DNA of 52,962 nucleotides, filler included, from Circinaria calcarea (taxonomy: Eukaryota): NCBI GenBank assembly GCA_051942165.1. It is 4 parts of 4 records of this genome, joined end to end, with 100 filler letters (N's around TTAATTAATTAA, not from the genome) between each part and the next. Parts side by side here need not be neighbours in the genome. Positions count along the whole stretch, not along the records: positions 1 to 13,217 come from JAVECS010000520.1; positions 13,318 to 26,469 come from JAVECS010000521.1; 2 more parts are not named here. The stretch is one strand, 5' to 3'. Positions 1 to 14,725 of the stretch are shown here, piece after piece. The notes under the pieces are model-generated. The model was not told the origin of the DNA. It made no database searches and saw only the letters and a list, made by a program, of their open reading frames with translations. Every line of letters begins with the position of its first letter. The first letter of the stretch is position 1. A program made the position numbers and the translations under genes.

Positions 1-830
1 CTGGAAAGCGGGGGAATGTGAGAGAAGGTTTGAGGAATTGTGATGAGCTGGGGGGGGGCGGAAACGGTCTTGTGAGCTGGGGAACTGTGGGAATGAAATT
101 CATGGTTCGATGAGAAATGAATTGGCTTGAACGAAAAACGAAAAACGGAAAACGAAAAACAAACCAAAACGAAAAACGGAAACGGGAATCATGATGTGGG
201 CTCTGCTATATCTATCTATTCGTTTCGTTTCGTTTCCGCTCAGCTAGCTAGATATGGACTGTAACTATAACTGTGACTGTACTAAGCTAAACCACCCACC
301 ACCTTTCTTCCATCACGGTATCCACCATGGTATCCACCATCCACCATCCCACTCAAAATTAAGAATGTGAGAATGTGAGAATGTGGAATATTAGTAACGC
401 AGATTGATTCGAAAAACAATCCCCAATCCCAATCCCCCCACCTCTCCCGCGAGTGACCGTGACCGTGACCTTAGGGGACCCTATAGGAATCGAATCGGAA
501 TACAACCAAACAGCCTTGGGCTTGAACTTGAGCTTAAGCTTAAGCTTAAGCTTTGGCTCGGGAATTCCAATGAGTTAAATAGTTTACTTTACCTTGCCCT
601 AAACGGCAAACCCAAACCGCAAAAATCCACAAATCCACAAAAATCCAAAATCCAAAATTGAGAATTGAGAATTGAGAATTGAGAATGGAGGAGAAATATA
701 TAATGAACGAATAACTAAATAAATAAATACTTCCATTTACACATAACACATGGGGTAAAAGTAAAAGAATTTTGGTTTAGTAAATCAATCTGCTCCAAGC
801 ATGGGTAATAGATAGATAGAGAAGGAAATG
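1..830. repeat. Patchwork of short tandem/simple repeats at the contig end
   Basis: Seen directly: (GAAAAAC)n ~132-183, (GAGAATGT)n ~360-390, (GACCGT)n ~453-470, (GCTTAA)n ~531-553, (AAAATCC/AAATCCAC)n ~620-657, (TTGAGAA)4 ~658-685, (AAAT)n ~715-728. The two small ORFs here merely translate these repeats. Confidence 0.85.
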
Positions 831-1116
831 CCAAAAGTCAGACGAGGTTTAAGTTAGCACATCACGGTAGCTTTTTTGGGAACACGACATGTAATCAAGA
901 CTTCAAGATGGATTTGGACTCGTTTTTTTTAATTTTATAATCTCAATCTACTCTATGTTAATAATCCTAGCACCATCTTCAACCCCAATCAATGAATTCA
1001 GCAAGGCCGTCTAGCAACTACTCTATAGAACTCCGGGTTTTGATTCCGTTACCTAAAACAATGCTTTTTCCTCCACACACCGACGACCGCTTCTAACCAG
1101 GGCATTTTGATTTTGC

Positions 1117-4100
1117 CTAAGCCTTCGGAGGCAGCGGCTCTATGTTCCAGATACTCTCCGCATACTCCTGGATACATCGATCACTGCTAAAGAAACCCAT
1201 CCGGCTAACGCTGGTAATACACTTGGAGATCCACTCATCCTGATTCTTGTAGGCCTCATCAACAAGCTTATGAGTCGCGATATAACTGCTGAAGTCGTCG
1301 CTAACCAGGTAGTAATCGCCATGATCAACAATCGAGTTAATCAGGGCCGAAAACTGGTCTTGGTCACCAAAAGTGCCGGAGCGGATGGAATCAAACACTT
1401 TTTGGAGGTCCGGGTCGAGAGTATACTGGCTATAGTTGTGGGCATGTCGAAGGTCTTCGACGTCTTCGGCCAGGTTTCCAAAGAGGAAGATGTTGGATTC
1501 GCCGATTTCGCGAGTGATCTCAATCTAAGATATATTAGTATCAGCAAGAGCAATGGATGACATGTTTCAGCATACGTTGGCTCCATCGCAAGTTCCTATG
1601 ATCAACCCTCCATTCAATACGAACTTCATGTTACTCGTACCGCTTGCTTCGGTACCTGCAGTGGAGATGTGTTCGCTGATATCAGAAGCAGGTGTGATAA
1701 TTTCGGCCTTGCTAACATTGTAGTCTTCCACGAAGATGACTTTCAATAAATCACCAACGTCCTTGTCACTGTTGACAACCTTGCCAACATTATTGATGAG
1801 GTGGATTATGGTCTTGGCCATCCAGTAACCCGGGGCTGCCTTACCACCAAAGATAGAGACCCTAGGAATAAGCTGCTTGCGTTCCTCTACACTCATACTT
1901 TTGATCTTAAGGTAACGGTCGATTACCCCAAAGATGTTTAGTTGTTGACGCTTGTACTCGTGTATACGCTTGACCTGGATATCGAAAAGCGCATTGGGGT
2001 TTACACTGACCCCAGTGGAAGCCATAATATGCTGTGCCAGTCGAACCTTATTGGCATACTTGATCTCCTGCCACTCCTTCTTGAATTCTGGATCGTCGAC
2101 GTATTGCTCAAGCTTGTTCAGCAACGTGAGATCCTTTAGGAATTCAAGGCTGCCAAGTTTGGAAGCAATTAGTTCGGATAGACGGGGATTGGCTTGATGC
2201 AGCCAACGTCGAGGAGTAATACCGTTGGTTACGTTTGTAAACTTATCGGGACCGTAAACCTTGACAAAGTCCTTGAAGATGGTAGATTTGATCAGATCTG
2301 AATGCAACTCTGCAACTCCGTTGACCTTGTGAGAACCAATAATGGCCAAGTAAGCCATGCGGACCATTTTCGGCTGTGTTTCCTCTATGATTGAGACCCT
2401 CGAGAGCATGTCGCGATCCTTTGGAAACGTTCGCTCCACGTACTGGAGGAACTTCATGTTGATATCGTATATAATCTGAAGGTGACGAGGAAGCAGGTTT
2501 TGCACCAAAGGAACTGACCATTTCTCGAGGGCCTCTGGAAGGACGGTGTGATTTGTGTAGCCAAAGGTGTTGGTGACAATGGTCCATGCTTCATCCCACT
2601 CAAGACCTTCGATATCGATCAAGATACGCTGCAACTCCACGATGGCAAGGGTTGGATGGGTATCGTTCAGTTGGATTGCCACTTGGTCAGAAAAGCTCGA
2701 CCAGGCTCGCTTTGTCTTTTTGAAACGGCGAACGATATCATAGAGAGAAGCAGCACACCAGAAGTATTGCTGCTTCAAGCGTAGCTCCTTACCACGCTCT
2801 AGGCTGTCGTTGGGGTATAGCACAGCCGATATCGTCTCCGCGCGCTGCTGGTCGCTGACCGATTGTTCGTATTCACCGGAGTTGAACTTTTGAAAGTCGA
2901 ACTCGCCTTTAGAAGCCTGGCTAGACCATAATCGAAGATTGTTCGTTGTGGCTGTCTCATAGCCAGGAATTGGGACGTCGTAGGCAACAGCATCGACAAT
3001 CTCTCCACCTTCCCAGACTGAAACATTTTTACCGTCTTGGTCCCTTCAAATGATCAGCTTATCCCTAGGCAATCCCAGCCTTGGAGAACTCACTTATACT
3101 TCCTGACGTTTCCGTAGAACTGAATGTCAACGGTGATGTCATGTCTGGGAAACTCCCACGGATTGAAATCGAGCCAGTAATCCGGTATCTCAACCTGATA
3201 ACCGTCTATGACCTCCTGCTTGAAGATGCCATATTTATACCGCAAGCCGTACCCCCAAGCCGGGTAATCCAGTGTGGCGAGACTGTCAAGAAAGCAAGCT
3301 GCTAGACGCCCGAGACCGCCGTTTCCTAGGGCGGCATCGTGTTCCTGTGAGATCACGTCCTCAATTCGGAACCCAAGGTCCTTGAGACCGGCTGTCGAGT
3401 AAAGTCAGTAATCTCTTTCAGAGAGGGCAAGAAAGTTGATTGAACCTCTGGCAACATCTTTCAAGCCAACATTTAGCATAGCATTGTCCAAGGCACGTCC
3501 CATTAAGAATTCGAGAGAAAGGTCTGATGTCTAAGTTAATCCTAGGCCTCTCCGATTTTACAGAAGGAAACATACAGTATATCCGCTTCTGATCCGCAAA
3601 CGTTTGACGCTGTTGGGTCTTGTTCCATTCTATAATCAGTCTGTCACGGAAAGCAAGCGCGGTTCCGGAGTAGGCCGCACTAATCCAGGTATAAGGAACA
3701 AGCTCAATCGCCAAGTCCAGCGAAGGTAGACTCACAGCTCATCGCAATTGAAGAGGGATCGAGCAAGGGTTGTTTCAATGTGGCGGATTGCTTCTCTCTG
3801 CAGGACGGTTAACCCTCGACCCAGCACCATTGATATTCCCCAGCCGCACCTCAAAGTCTTCCTTGGTCGTGAATTCCTTTGCAGACTTGTGGGAATTGTC
3901 AGTAATGGTGCCATTGCCCAATGGCTTCCCATCTGCTTACAAACTTCCTCCATCTGCGGGGCACCGTGATCAGTTAAGGTGGGGCACTCTAGGTGGGGGA
4001 CATACGCTTCTCTCTGAGACTCGGGGATGGATGATTCGACGCTCTTGATCTCCCCAGCACTGAAGCCGGTGGCAGTCCGCTTATGCTTGGGCCTGGTGAA

Positions 4101-4190
4101 GTCCGGTCCCACCGGGCCTTTGAGGTCAGAGATTGGGGCACTCGTCGAGGGCCTCCTCTCTCGCGTCCGCGTCTCCGTCGTGGTGGCCAT
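1117..4190 (-). CDS. GPH1: Glycogen phosphorylase (GT35), multi-exon
   Basis: Exon translations carry [61 protein letters not shown] and the PLP-lysine motif [10 protein letters not shown], ending [21 protein letters not shown] at 4190, stop at 1117-1119. Several small 5' exons (e.g. 3953-3941, 3885-3850) have GT-AG boundaries. Confidence 0.97.
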
Positions 4191-5459
4191 GACTGCTACA
4201 CCGCCAATGCAATGGGGACGACGTCGGGGTTTTGCAGAAGGGAGGTTAATAAGTTTTGAGGGAAGATATTTATAACAATAGCTGGGGAAATGGTTGAGGA
4301 AAGAAAAGTCCCACCCAGCGACGCTAGGGTAACTTTATTGCGGGCTCCCAAAGAACGGGTCGCGATTAAGGTAACGCACCTACCTCCCTTGGGCTTAGTT
4401 CTCTAGTGGGCTATCTATCGCCTATCACATTGTGGGCCTCTTCCCACTTTCTGCGAGGCACTCCTGCTACATGCAGGGCGCACAGCAGGGGCTGTTTGTT
4501 TGTATCTGTATCAAGGGCGGGGTATGGAGTATTGCACGGTCAAGATTCTCTTAGCCTCCTTCAGAACCACGCATCTGGCATCATAGGCACACAGCTGTAC
4601 CACGTTGACACATGGCATCTACCTTTTGGACCTACCTAAGGAGGATAGCTATCCGACATGCGACCATGGACACGTCTCGCGCCCAAGGTACCACCCAAAC
4701 TTACAGACCCGCCAACTCTCGCATCTTCAATAAATAACATGATTATGTTCCCTAGCAGTACATGATCCACGGCTTTACTTCTGTACAGACAGCATCAGCA
4801 TCTTCGTCCATAGTGTCCAAGAAATGCCCCCCACGCCCACCAGATCCAAACCGTATATCAACCACAAGAGGTCCATTGTGGACCGAGGCCCAAAAGTGGT
4901 TAGCGTGGCCTCCCGCGGGAATTCTCTTCCTCTTGAGTACCGCCGTGCTCACTTGGACGCTACCCAAGCTGCCGTCTCCTCGCCATAGCATCCCAGAGCT
5001 CCATGGTAATATTCAAAACGCCGTCGCCTTAGCCCCCATCCATTAGGAGACTGAGAAACACATTATGCTCCCGCACGCCACCCAGAAAGATTCTAAGCAG
5101 TGCCGCCGAATTAGGCGAACAACTCGCCGGAGTTACAAGAACCGGAATATTCGGGTGATGGTAGTAGGCGCATCGGGGATGACCAAAGCTCGACAGGCTA
5201 TTCCAAAATATGCCGAGGAGTGGACAGACCCCAGAGCCGCAACAATACAGAACAAAAGGCCGCGCCAGACCCGACGCCATGCAAATCTCCTAATGATCAG
5301 ACGATGCAATGACGAAAACAATGTGGAGGGTTTTGGTATTATCCATAAAAGCAGAGGACGTAAAGGGGCGGTAGCTTCAAACGCTGTATCGACACCAGGC
5401 GTATAAGCACGTATGGTACAACGCACAGCTATGAGACTTGCTGGGCCGCAAAGGAAGAT

Positions 5460-6791
5460 TTACAATATCCCAGACTCCGCAAGTGCATTGTGTAAGATTG
5501 TATCCTTGACAGCAGCAAACACTAGACGGATGTTGGATGTGTCCGTTGCTTGTGTAAGGCTACCGTGATATTAGCTTGAGAAGCCCAGATAATCTCTATC
5601 CCATACTTACTGTGGGTATAAATTCAGGTGCGCCCTGTTGACCTGATTGAACCGCCAGAGTAGATACTTTGCTGCTCTGTTGACATCGTTTCCTCCAGAA
5701 TAATCTGGAAAGTAGCTTCCGAGCGGAGAGCGGCCCAGCTTTGCCTTGAAGAGGTCCACTTTGTTGAGGAATAGGATAATGCTGGTCCTCATAAACCATC
5801 GCGAATTGACTACCGAGTCAAACAGGACCAGGCTCTCCATCATTCGGTTCTAGGTCCAAGATCAGTCATTGCATACTTCGCTGTTTCGTTTCACATACCT
5901 GGTTACTCTCTTCGAGGAGCACTTGGTCGTATTCACTCAATGCCACGCAAAAAATGATGGAGGTAACGTTTTCGAAACAGTGAATCCATTTCTTACGTTC
6001 GCTTCGCTGACCGCCGACATCGAACATGCTATAACCGCTCGGTTAGTACAGTGTCCCCGAACGGGAAACATGTAGCATACTGTATACTCAGCTGACCCAT
6101 GGAGAACCGAGTTTCGTAGATACCCGTAGTTTTCGTTCGCGCTCGTAGGACGTCTGCTTCGATTGGAATGTAGTCCGAAGAAGCAATTCGGAGGGCTTCG
6201 TCAAAAAAACTGATTTCTATTAGCATGGCTCGGCTTTGGTAACGGGGGCAAGGCAAACGTACTAGGGTGCCGAATCCATAAGATAGAACTCGCTCTGGTG
6301 CTCCATCACTTGTCCTATACTAGGATCTTTCCATATCGAGACCACCGCTGTCCCGACCTCAGGATCCAATGGTTTGTGAGGATCTGCATCCACTCTGTAT
6401 TCCAGCAGGTAGTCGCCGTACTCTTCGTTTTGAGGGTCCGTCGGCTCAATGTCGAATTGTCGCATGGCTTGAATCAAAGCCCTGGCGCAATCGACGAGGT
6501 TCTTGTATATTGTCAATCGGTAGAGAGCCAGTTCATCGACGGTGTAGCCATTCTGGTGTATAATCTTCATCTGCTTGACGATAGTCGACTTGCCGCTCTC
6601 GCCCGAACCTAGTTGTCGGGTCAGCAGCTTGATCCACGACCGCCACTCCGCAATGAGAGCTCACCGAGAAGTAATATCTTGCATTCTTTACGTAACCTCC
6701 TCGAGTCTTCTTCCAACTTTGCATCTATCATTCGACTCCGTTTCCTCTGCTCGACTCCGTCGGAATTCTCCGAGCTCAAGCAATTGCCCAT
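5460..6791 (-). CDS. gpaB: Heterotrimeric G-protein alpha subunit, fungal group III (GanB/GpaB/GNA-3 type), multi-exon
   Basis: Starts MGNCLSS (Gly2/Cys4 lipidation). Motifs [68 protein letters not shown]-terminus NALAESGIL followed by TAA at 5460-5462, typical of the cAMP-linked group III class. Confidence 0.93.
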
Positions 6792-8917
6792 CCTGGCTAC
6801 CAGAACACTATGTCTGGGCCCGGTGGCAGATTACCTCCACGGTCCCGAGCTACCAGCGCTGGCGTGGATGCTCGACGCCAGTTGCGCCTGCTTGGTCGAG
6901 TGCTTTCGGAATGAGCTGAGCAGTCAAGTCGGCTCTCCTGGCTCCGAACAGGCCAGACAGCCGCAGGAAACGACGATAATCGAAGCGAAGGGGATCAAGT
7001 CCGACCGAGCTTGTCACGCAAGTTTGGGAAGGACCTGGCCGTGCGGTCTCGAAGGGCGCTTGACAATGGAGAGTTTAGCGCTGTGGAAGGATGGCGGAGA
7101 CCTCCATCAATGGCATTCACCCACCCTGTCGCTCCACGAGGATGCGTTGGAATGAAACGAGGATCGAGGGCACATGCGACGACAGCTGTCGTCGAGGGTA
7201 TGGGAAGAGTGGTGATTGATAAGAATAGCAATGCTCGAGGTGGTCTGGGATAAGGTAAGGGCTGCAAGCGGCTGCGTGGTCGACGAGGCTGTCGCGTGGG
7301 GATCTACCAGTTTGTCTGTGCGTCCAACGAAAAGCTTAGGTGCCTCCGGTGGAAGATGTAACACCTGTTGGGCAGACTCGGTGGGCTTTGTGGGTTCGGA
7401 ATTCGGAGGTGCAGGAGGAGTAGTTGGTTTCTACGATTCCGGCATGCTCCTGGGCTGAAGGCTGGCTGATGACGGGCCCTTGGGTGCAAAGAAGCAAAAG
7501 AGAGGTGGCTAGCCGCAGTCTCAATGGTACGTTCGAGTGAGAAGAGCCCGGTCACACATTGCAAGTGCCAGCCGAATGCGGCTAGTCGGGACTCGGGATT
7601 CGACATTCGACCCTCGACTCGATGTGCAAAAGAAAGCATCTCGGCCACGGACACACAGGAACAACAGTCGGGCCATATTAACTACGATTGTCTTTGTTGT
7701 CGCTTCCACGCTGGCCATTCTATCTGGATATCATCTGTCTATTCTTCGTCCTCAATCAGACAGGACTCGTCCCGTATCGATTGCGGCGTAGGATTTCCAC
7801 ACGGTTGTACAGCTCGAAACATCTTATTCGGCTCATCCGATGCTACTGTGACAACGCATCCTACTAGATAAACTGTGTGTCCTGGAAGGGTCCGAGGTAA
7901 GGTTAGCCGTCTGCTCTGATGGACACCCTCAATTACCCACTCAATCCGGAGACTACCAACATCTAACCAATGTCCCGGACGGGTATGAACCCCAGCCGAA
8001 TCTACCAATCCGCCTACAGGTCCAGAAAGGAGACGTCCCTCCATGTGTTTTGTATGTCAAAGGTGATTGTCAGTTTTGCAATAGAGATTTTCAAAAGGCG
8101 GCAGTAGTCTTGCGATGTCGACATCGTACCTTGCTTTTACGGGCTGGGGACATTTTAGTTGTGGACGATACCGTGCACGTACTGATGACCCATAGATGTA
8201 AGATAGGTAGCAAAGACACCCTAGGTTGTTGTAGATGTTGCAAGTCTTCTTAAAAAATGATACGACTTGGGGGTCCGACAGCTACTGTCACGACTTTGGT
8301 ACGATCACCTCGCCCGATATCTCAAGAAGTGGACCTATCTCGGAAGATTATCCCCTGATATTTGAACAGTCTTTCACAGCACCAGTTCGCTTCGCATTAC
8401 TCCAGGAGCAGAAATGTAAGGGAAACAAGGCGGAGAATGTTCATGCGAACGCAAGAAGGCATCTCGATATAGCCAGGTCGTATGTAAGACGGCTCCTTAC
8501 GTAGTCGTCGGGGTTGGGAAACGGCAGAGCAGATCGATCTGAAGACAGTTCTTCGAAAGCCATTCGTTAGAATATACATGCACACAACACACGAGTAAAG
8601 CATAATAACAATGTTAGCGGCCAACGAGTAAAGGACGAAGACGACGAATGAGGCCGGCGAGTTATGAACGGAGGAAGCTCCAGCAGTGGCGGGGAAAGAG
8701 CAGCGGGGACGATGGATAAATCGTGTTTAAAACCCGGTAAAAATGGATAAAGTTGGGTTGCAGAAATCCCAGATCTACCCGCTAGCGTGATCATCAGCCG
8801 GATTGCCTCACGCAGAACCAACTTTAATCAACAAACTCCCTTGACCGTCGTTACATTCCCTTCCTTTTCCCCCCTTCAGTGCCCGCACTCACCGAGCAAT
8901 TAATCTCAGCTGCTGCC

Positions 8918-10439
<1,522 letters not shown>

Positions 10440-10906
10440 CAGACCGCGGCGTGTCGGGTGCTGTCGTGCTGTCTCCTCGTTACAGACCATGGACGATTTC
10501 CTTCAGCAAATACCAGGCCTGGTGTCAATGGTCGCGGTTTTTCCCGAATGCGCAGCGGAGCTCAATCCGGTTGTTGCAAGAGTGCAAGCTGATGCGATGC
10601 TTTCCTTCCAACTCATTGAGTGTTGAATGGTTCGGTTGTATATGTACGATGAAATGATAAGGGGTTATTCACCGAATCCATTACACCGATTGTACACGTT
10701 AGAACATAAATAAGGAAGCTTTCATACGTACCATAATTGTCGGTAGGGACGTAGAGATCGCATCCACTTTATGAATGCGATATAGGTCAATGAGTTCACT
10801 GACCGTCAAGCGCCCTTACCTTGTGACAAAAAGTGTTTCGCGGCCGTCAACATTGAGGATGAGTAACGTATAAGTTTGAATATTCCAGCTAGCATGGTTA
10901 TACAGT

Positions 10907-13217
10907 ATGTCAGACAAATATCGGGTCTTCACACCTAAAGTCGGTGTGGTTGGCTTTCACCATGCCAGGTTAAACATCCTTCGACTCCAAAAAACGGATC
11001 TCTGAAGCTAAAACCATGTCAGAGGACCCGAGATAGAGGGCTGGTTCGGTGTCGAAGATGGAGAAGATCCAGCCATTGAGAACGACTGGTCCTATCTGCC
11101 GTTTATGGCTTTGTCTGACGGAGCTCACACGTATGTATTCAGCCACGAGAAGCTACTATATGTCACTAAACCAAGTCAACAGATCTACCGAAGATTTCTC
11201 CTACTTCACCCTACGACAAAGAGACGGTCCTGATCAAGCCGGGACTTCACTATTTGGCATTTCATGCACCCGGCAGTTGGCCTCGACCGAACTATTGAAT
11301 AGGCCAGAAGATGTCACAAGAAGTACGGTACAAAAGGCCATTGTGGTGATTGCAGGGAGTCCTCAATTCTTCGGATCGCTACGGGAGAAACTATCGATGG
11401 TGACAGGGGCTTGGTTTGCTCAGAGGTAAAGAGGGGTGGAGGTTCGGCGCTTGGTAGGAGTGTTTGCTGATGGGGTAGTAGGGACTTTACAGATGTAGAC
11501 ATACTGAAGGTCGGTGAGTTGTCAGGACTCGAAGCCCGGGAGTTAGGCTGACAAGGAGCAGAAATTCCAAGAGAGCCTGGTGCAGAAAGTGCAGGATATG
11601 GAAGATGATAGGGATCAATATCTTGGTGGGCTCCCTCGACAATGGGAGGTGCAAAAACTAAACTGTCAGGTCTCTCTTTGAGAGAGCTGATCCACGAATT
11701 CAAGCATCAGACTCTGGTCCTCTTCAAATGCTGCCTTTTACAGCCCAAGGTATCATTACCACCCTGTCTGGTAACTTATGCCTTGGCTAAAGCCTTCAGA
11801 TGCTGTTCTTCGGGTCTCGTTGTGAGCGTCTCTGCATGATGCAGTTTTCACTGATTTCATTGATACCTGGTCTCTTACGAAGGCTCGAGGACTGCGCAGA
11901 CCCCGAGTTGGATAGCTATGAGAAGAACATGGTTAGGCCAACTTCACTCAAGACGAGCGAACGGAGTTCACGTAAGGGTATTATTCTCCTATGCTGGACG
12001 TCTTACTCATCTGCAACAGTACTCGCCTACATGGGATTGCCGCTCCAGATATTTGGAAAAGTCAACATCTCAGCCATTTTCATGCAACCTCCACTGACTT
12101 TGAGGACTAGGGCAGCCTTTTCGGACCCTATACCCCTCTGCAACAGCTTGATACTCTGGCGGACTTTGGTACAAAGTCCTACATTGTTGGTTCCACAAAT
12201 TCTCTCCTCCTCCAACAAAAAGATCGCTACAGCGACATCCTCATAAACGTATGTGCCAACTTTCCACCCCAAACCCTTCCACTAACACCTCTTTCACACC
12301 TTAGCTCGACGACACGACCATCAACATAACTTCCAGCTCTCTCCGCTCAGCTCTCGCCCTCTCGCCTGCTGATCGTCGCTGGATCGACTTTCTCACATCC
12401 ACCATCACCGAAACCTGGGACGAAGCCAATCCCTCCCGTCCCCGCACAATGGGCTACATGGGCTCCGAAGAATTCATCCGGCTGCAATTCGAAGAATACC
12501 TCCTCGCCCTCCTCTCCTCGATGAAATACCACCTCTACCTTTACTCTACCCCTACCCATCTCCGCGACCCCCACTACTCCGACATCGAAGGCGACCCCGC
12601 CGCGGATTTCAACCTCGATTGGGTAGATGCATGGGCCCAGACAGCGAATTTTGCCCTCTTCAATAAATACACCGACTCCCACCTTTTCGATATCGTCGAG
12701 CCTAAACACCCTACAGCGGGGGGGTTATCCATGGATGATATCAACCGCCGTCTAACGCTCCAAGTCCAAGAACTCCACCTCGATGAACGACTTGCTAAAA
12801 GCAGGGAAGCATTGAATAAACATCTGGCCACGGGTCAGAAAAAGGTCTCGTCGGCATTCAATCATCTCTGGGCGGATATCGAAGCCATGCGAGAAGCCCA
12901 GCGTCAGCGTAACCTACCTAATCCGACTCCAAACCCGCGGCCCTCTTCACCAACAGCCACAGCTCCGGGCACTCTCCCCTCCCCTTCCACTTTCACCTCG
13001 CCCCTCTCTCCCACCACTTCGTCATCTCCCCGAACACATACCCCCTTAAGATTCGACCCCTCGACCATCCGCGCCCGCGCGCCTGATCTCTCGCACGCAC
13101 AGGCGAGTGTTACGGCCGCGGGCCAGAAAGCTGGAGCGTATATCTCTTCATGGGGCGCTTGGGCTTCGGAAAAGAAGAAAGGATGGGGGAGCGGGAAGGA
13201 CAATGATGGTGGTAGTG
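10907..13217 (+). CDS. AVL9: AVL9 (late secretory pathway, DENN-like) protein, 3' end cut by spacer
   Basis: Spliced translation gives VVGFHHARGPE, LPFMALSDGAH, EDFSYFTL, LFGISCTRQ, VTRSTVQKA, GLSLRELIHEFKHQTLVLFK, PYTPLQQLD, LSPADRRWID, GYMGSEEFIRLQFEEYLL. The frame is open into the N-run. Confidence 0.92.
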
Positions 13218-13317
13218 NNNNNNNNNNNNNNNNNNNNNNNNNNNNNNNNNNNNNNNNNNNNTTAATTAATTAANNNNNNNNNNNNNNNNNNNNNNNNNNN
13301 NNNNNNNNNNNNNNNNN
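13218..13317. other. Artificial assembly spacer (N44-TTAATTAATTAA-N44)
   Basis: Exactly 100 nt with a six-frame stop linker. Identical to the other two spacers. Confidence 0.98.
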
Positions 13318-14725
13318 AGACACGGCGAGTCTCCTTCAACTACCAGTAGTAAGGTTAATGAGGAAGGAGAGAGAGGTTGTTGAGTTTGGGAAGGTATTGA
13401 AATTGAAGGAGGAGCAGGCTTCGGCCGCGGAACTCGAGATGAAAGCAAGGATAGCGAACCTTGACAAGACGAGGTTAGAGATCGAGTCGACTATCCGTCG
13501 AGAATGGGAAGTTAAAGCACGACTCGAGATCGACCGACTACTACAAATCGAAATGGAGAAGCTCCACCGGAAATTCGAACGCGATGTTCAATCTCGAGTT
13601 GAAACCGAGGTACAAAAACAGCTTCAATCCGCCCATACGAGCCGCCACTCCTCACATTCCCCTGTGGGCATCCCCTATTCTTCTGTCAGCACTTGCGCAG
13701 ATACCGATTATCCTTCTACCGCCGACACGAGTGTGCTCACTCTAGACACGCCTCTCTCCCAGGATTCGAATCCTTTACCAATAAAGAAGACATCACGAAC
13801 CCCCTTCACACGTGCTCGAACAGAATATGATTCGCCAATGGATGTCCAAATGGCAGACCCATCACCAATGTCCATTGCCTCTCTATCCCTCTCACCTCGT
13901 CGCACTGCCGCCGTTCTTCCAAGTGCTAAGAACATCTTCGCCGCTGCCGCCGAGCAAAAAAGTAGATGGCAACCACACGTCCTTTCATCATCCGGCTCCG
14001 AAGAGCTACTCGACGATGAAGAAGGGGATGATTTGCCAGAGCTACCTTCCCCAACTCGTCCTTCACGAGCAGTGGCTGGTGGTGCGATTGACCCTTTTAA
14101 GCCAACGCGTCCTGGATTACTGAGACAGAAAACGGCACCCATGCAACGTTTGAACGCGCAGCCACAACCTTCTCTCTTTACTATTAACTCTACTGGTGCA
14201 AATTCTAGTGGTGCTACTCTTGTAGAACAGAAGAGAACATCACCACAAGCAGACGCCCGAGCGCCAAAACCCATCTCACCTAACCGGCGCTTGTCGAAAC
14301 CTCAACATACATTCGACGCTGGCTCTCCAATCCTCCGTCGAGCACCACCAAAGCCGACAGTATCCAAAGGCAAGGAGGAAATGTTTAGAGCGGTGATGCG
14401 GAAAAACCTGCATGATACAAGTGGCAACACTAGCCGTGTCCACAATCCTAACAATGGAAATGGTCCAGTCAAAGATTCACTCGGCGGTCGTACACTCGTC
14501 GAACTTCACCAAGCGACCACAATCGCGAATGCATTTCTAGATCGAAACACAGAGAATGAGCCGCCACTATCGAGAGATGGAGGGCTGACGATGGTGGCGA
14601 GGGCGGTGGATAGGGAGAGGAGTAGAGAAAGGGAGGCTACAACGTGGGATCCAGAGACGGATGAGATGCCGAGTCCGTTTATTACTCGGGGAAGGAAACT
14701 GAGCAGTGTGGAGTTGAGGCGGTAG
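13318..14725 (+). CDS. nimA: G2/M kinase NimA, C-terminal regulatory region only (kinase domain lies beyond the contig start)
   Basis: Frame open from the spacer: DTASLLQLPVVRLMRKEREVVEF (end of the kinase domain as in NimA), then a coiled coil IRREWEVKARLEIDR, SPMDVQMADPSPMSIASLSLSPRR, LPELPSPTR, GGRTLVEL and terminal WDPETDEMPSPF. These are motifs I recognise from Pezizomycotina NimA tails. Confidence 0.88.

Noticed and set aside
4406..5426. Several 77-113 aa ORFs between GPH1 and the G-alpha gene
   Set aside because: No recognisable motifs, overlapping on both strands, and located in the expected GPH1 promoter and G-alpha 3' UTR.
6575..8821. Cluster of overlapping ORFs up to 180 aa upstream of G-alpha and HOG1
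   Set aside because: GC-rich UTR/promoter sequence gives long open frames by chance and none resembles a known protein. A uORF role cannot be supported without transcript data.
13262..13273. TTAATTAATTAA palindrome (also at 26514 and 39766) as a biological site
   Set aside because: It is centred in N-runs and identical each time, so it is a synthetic six-frame stop linker.
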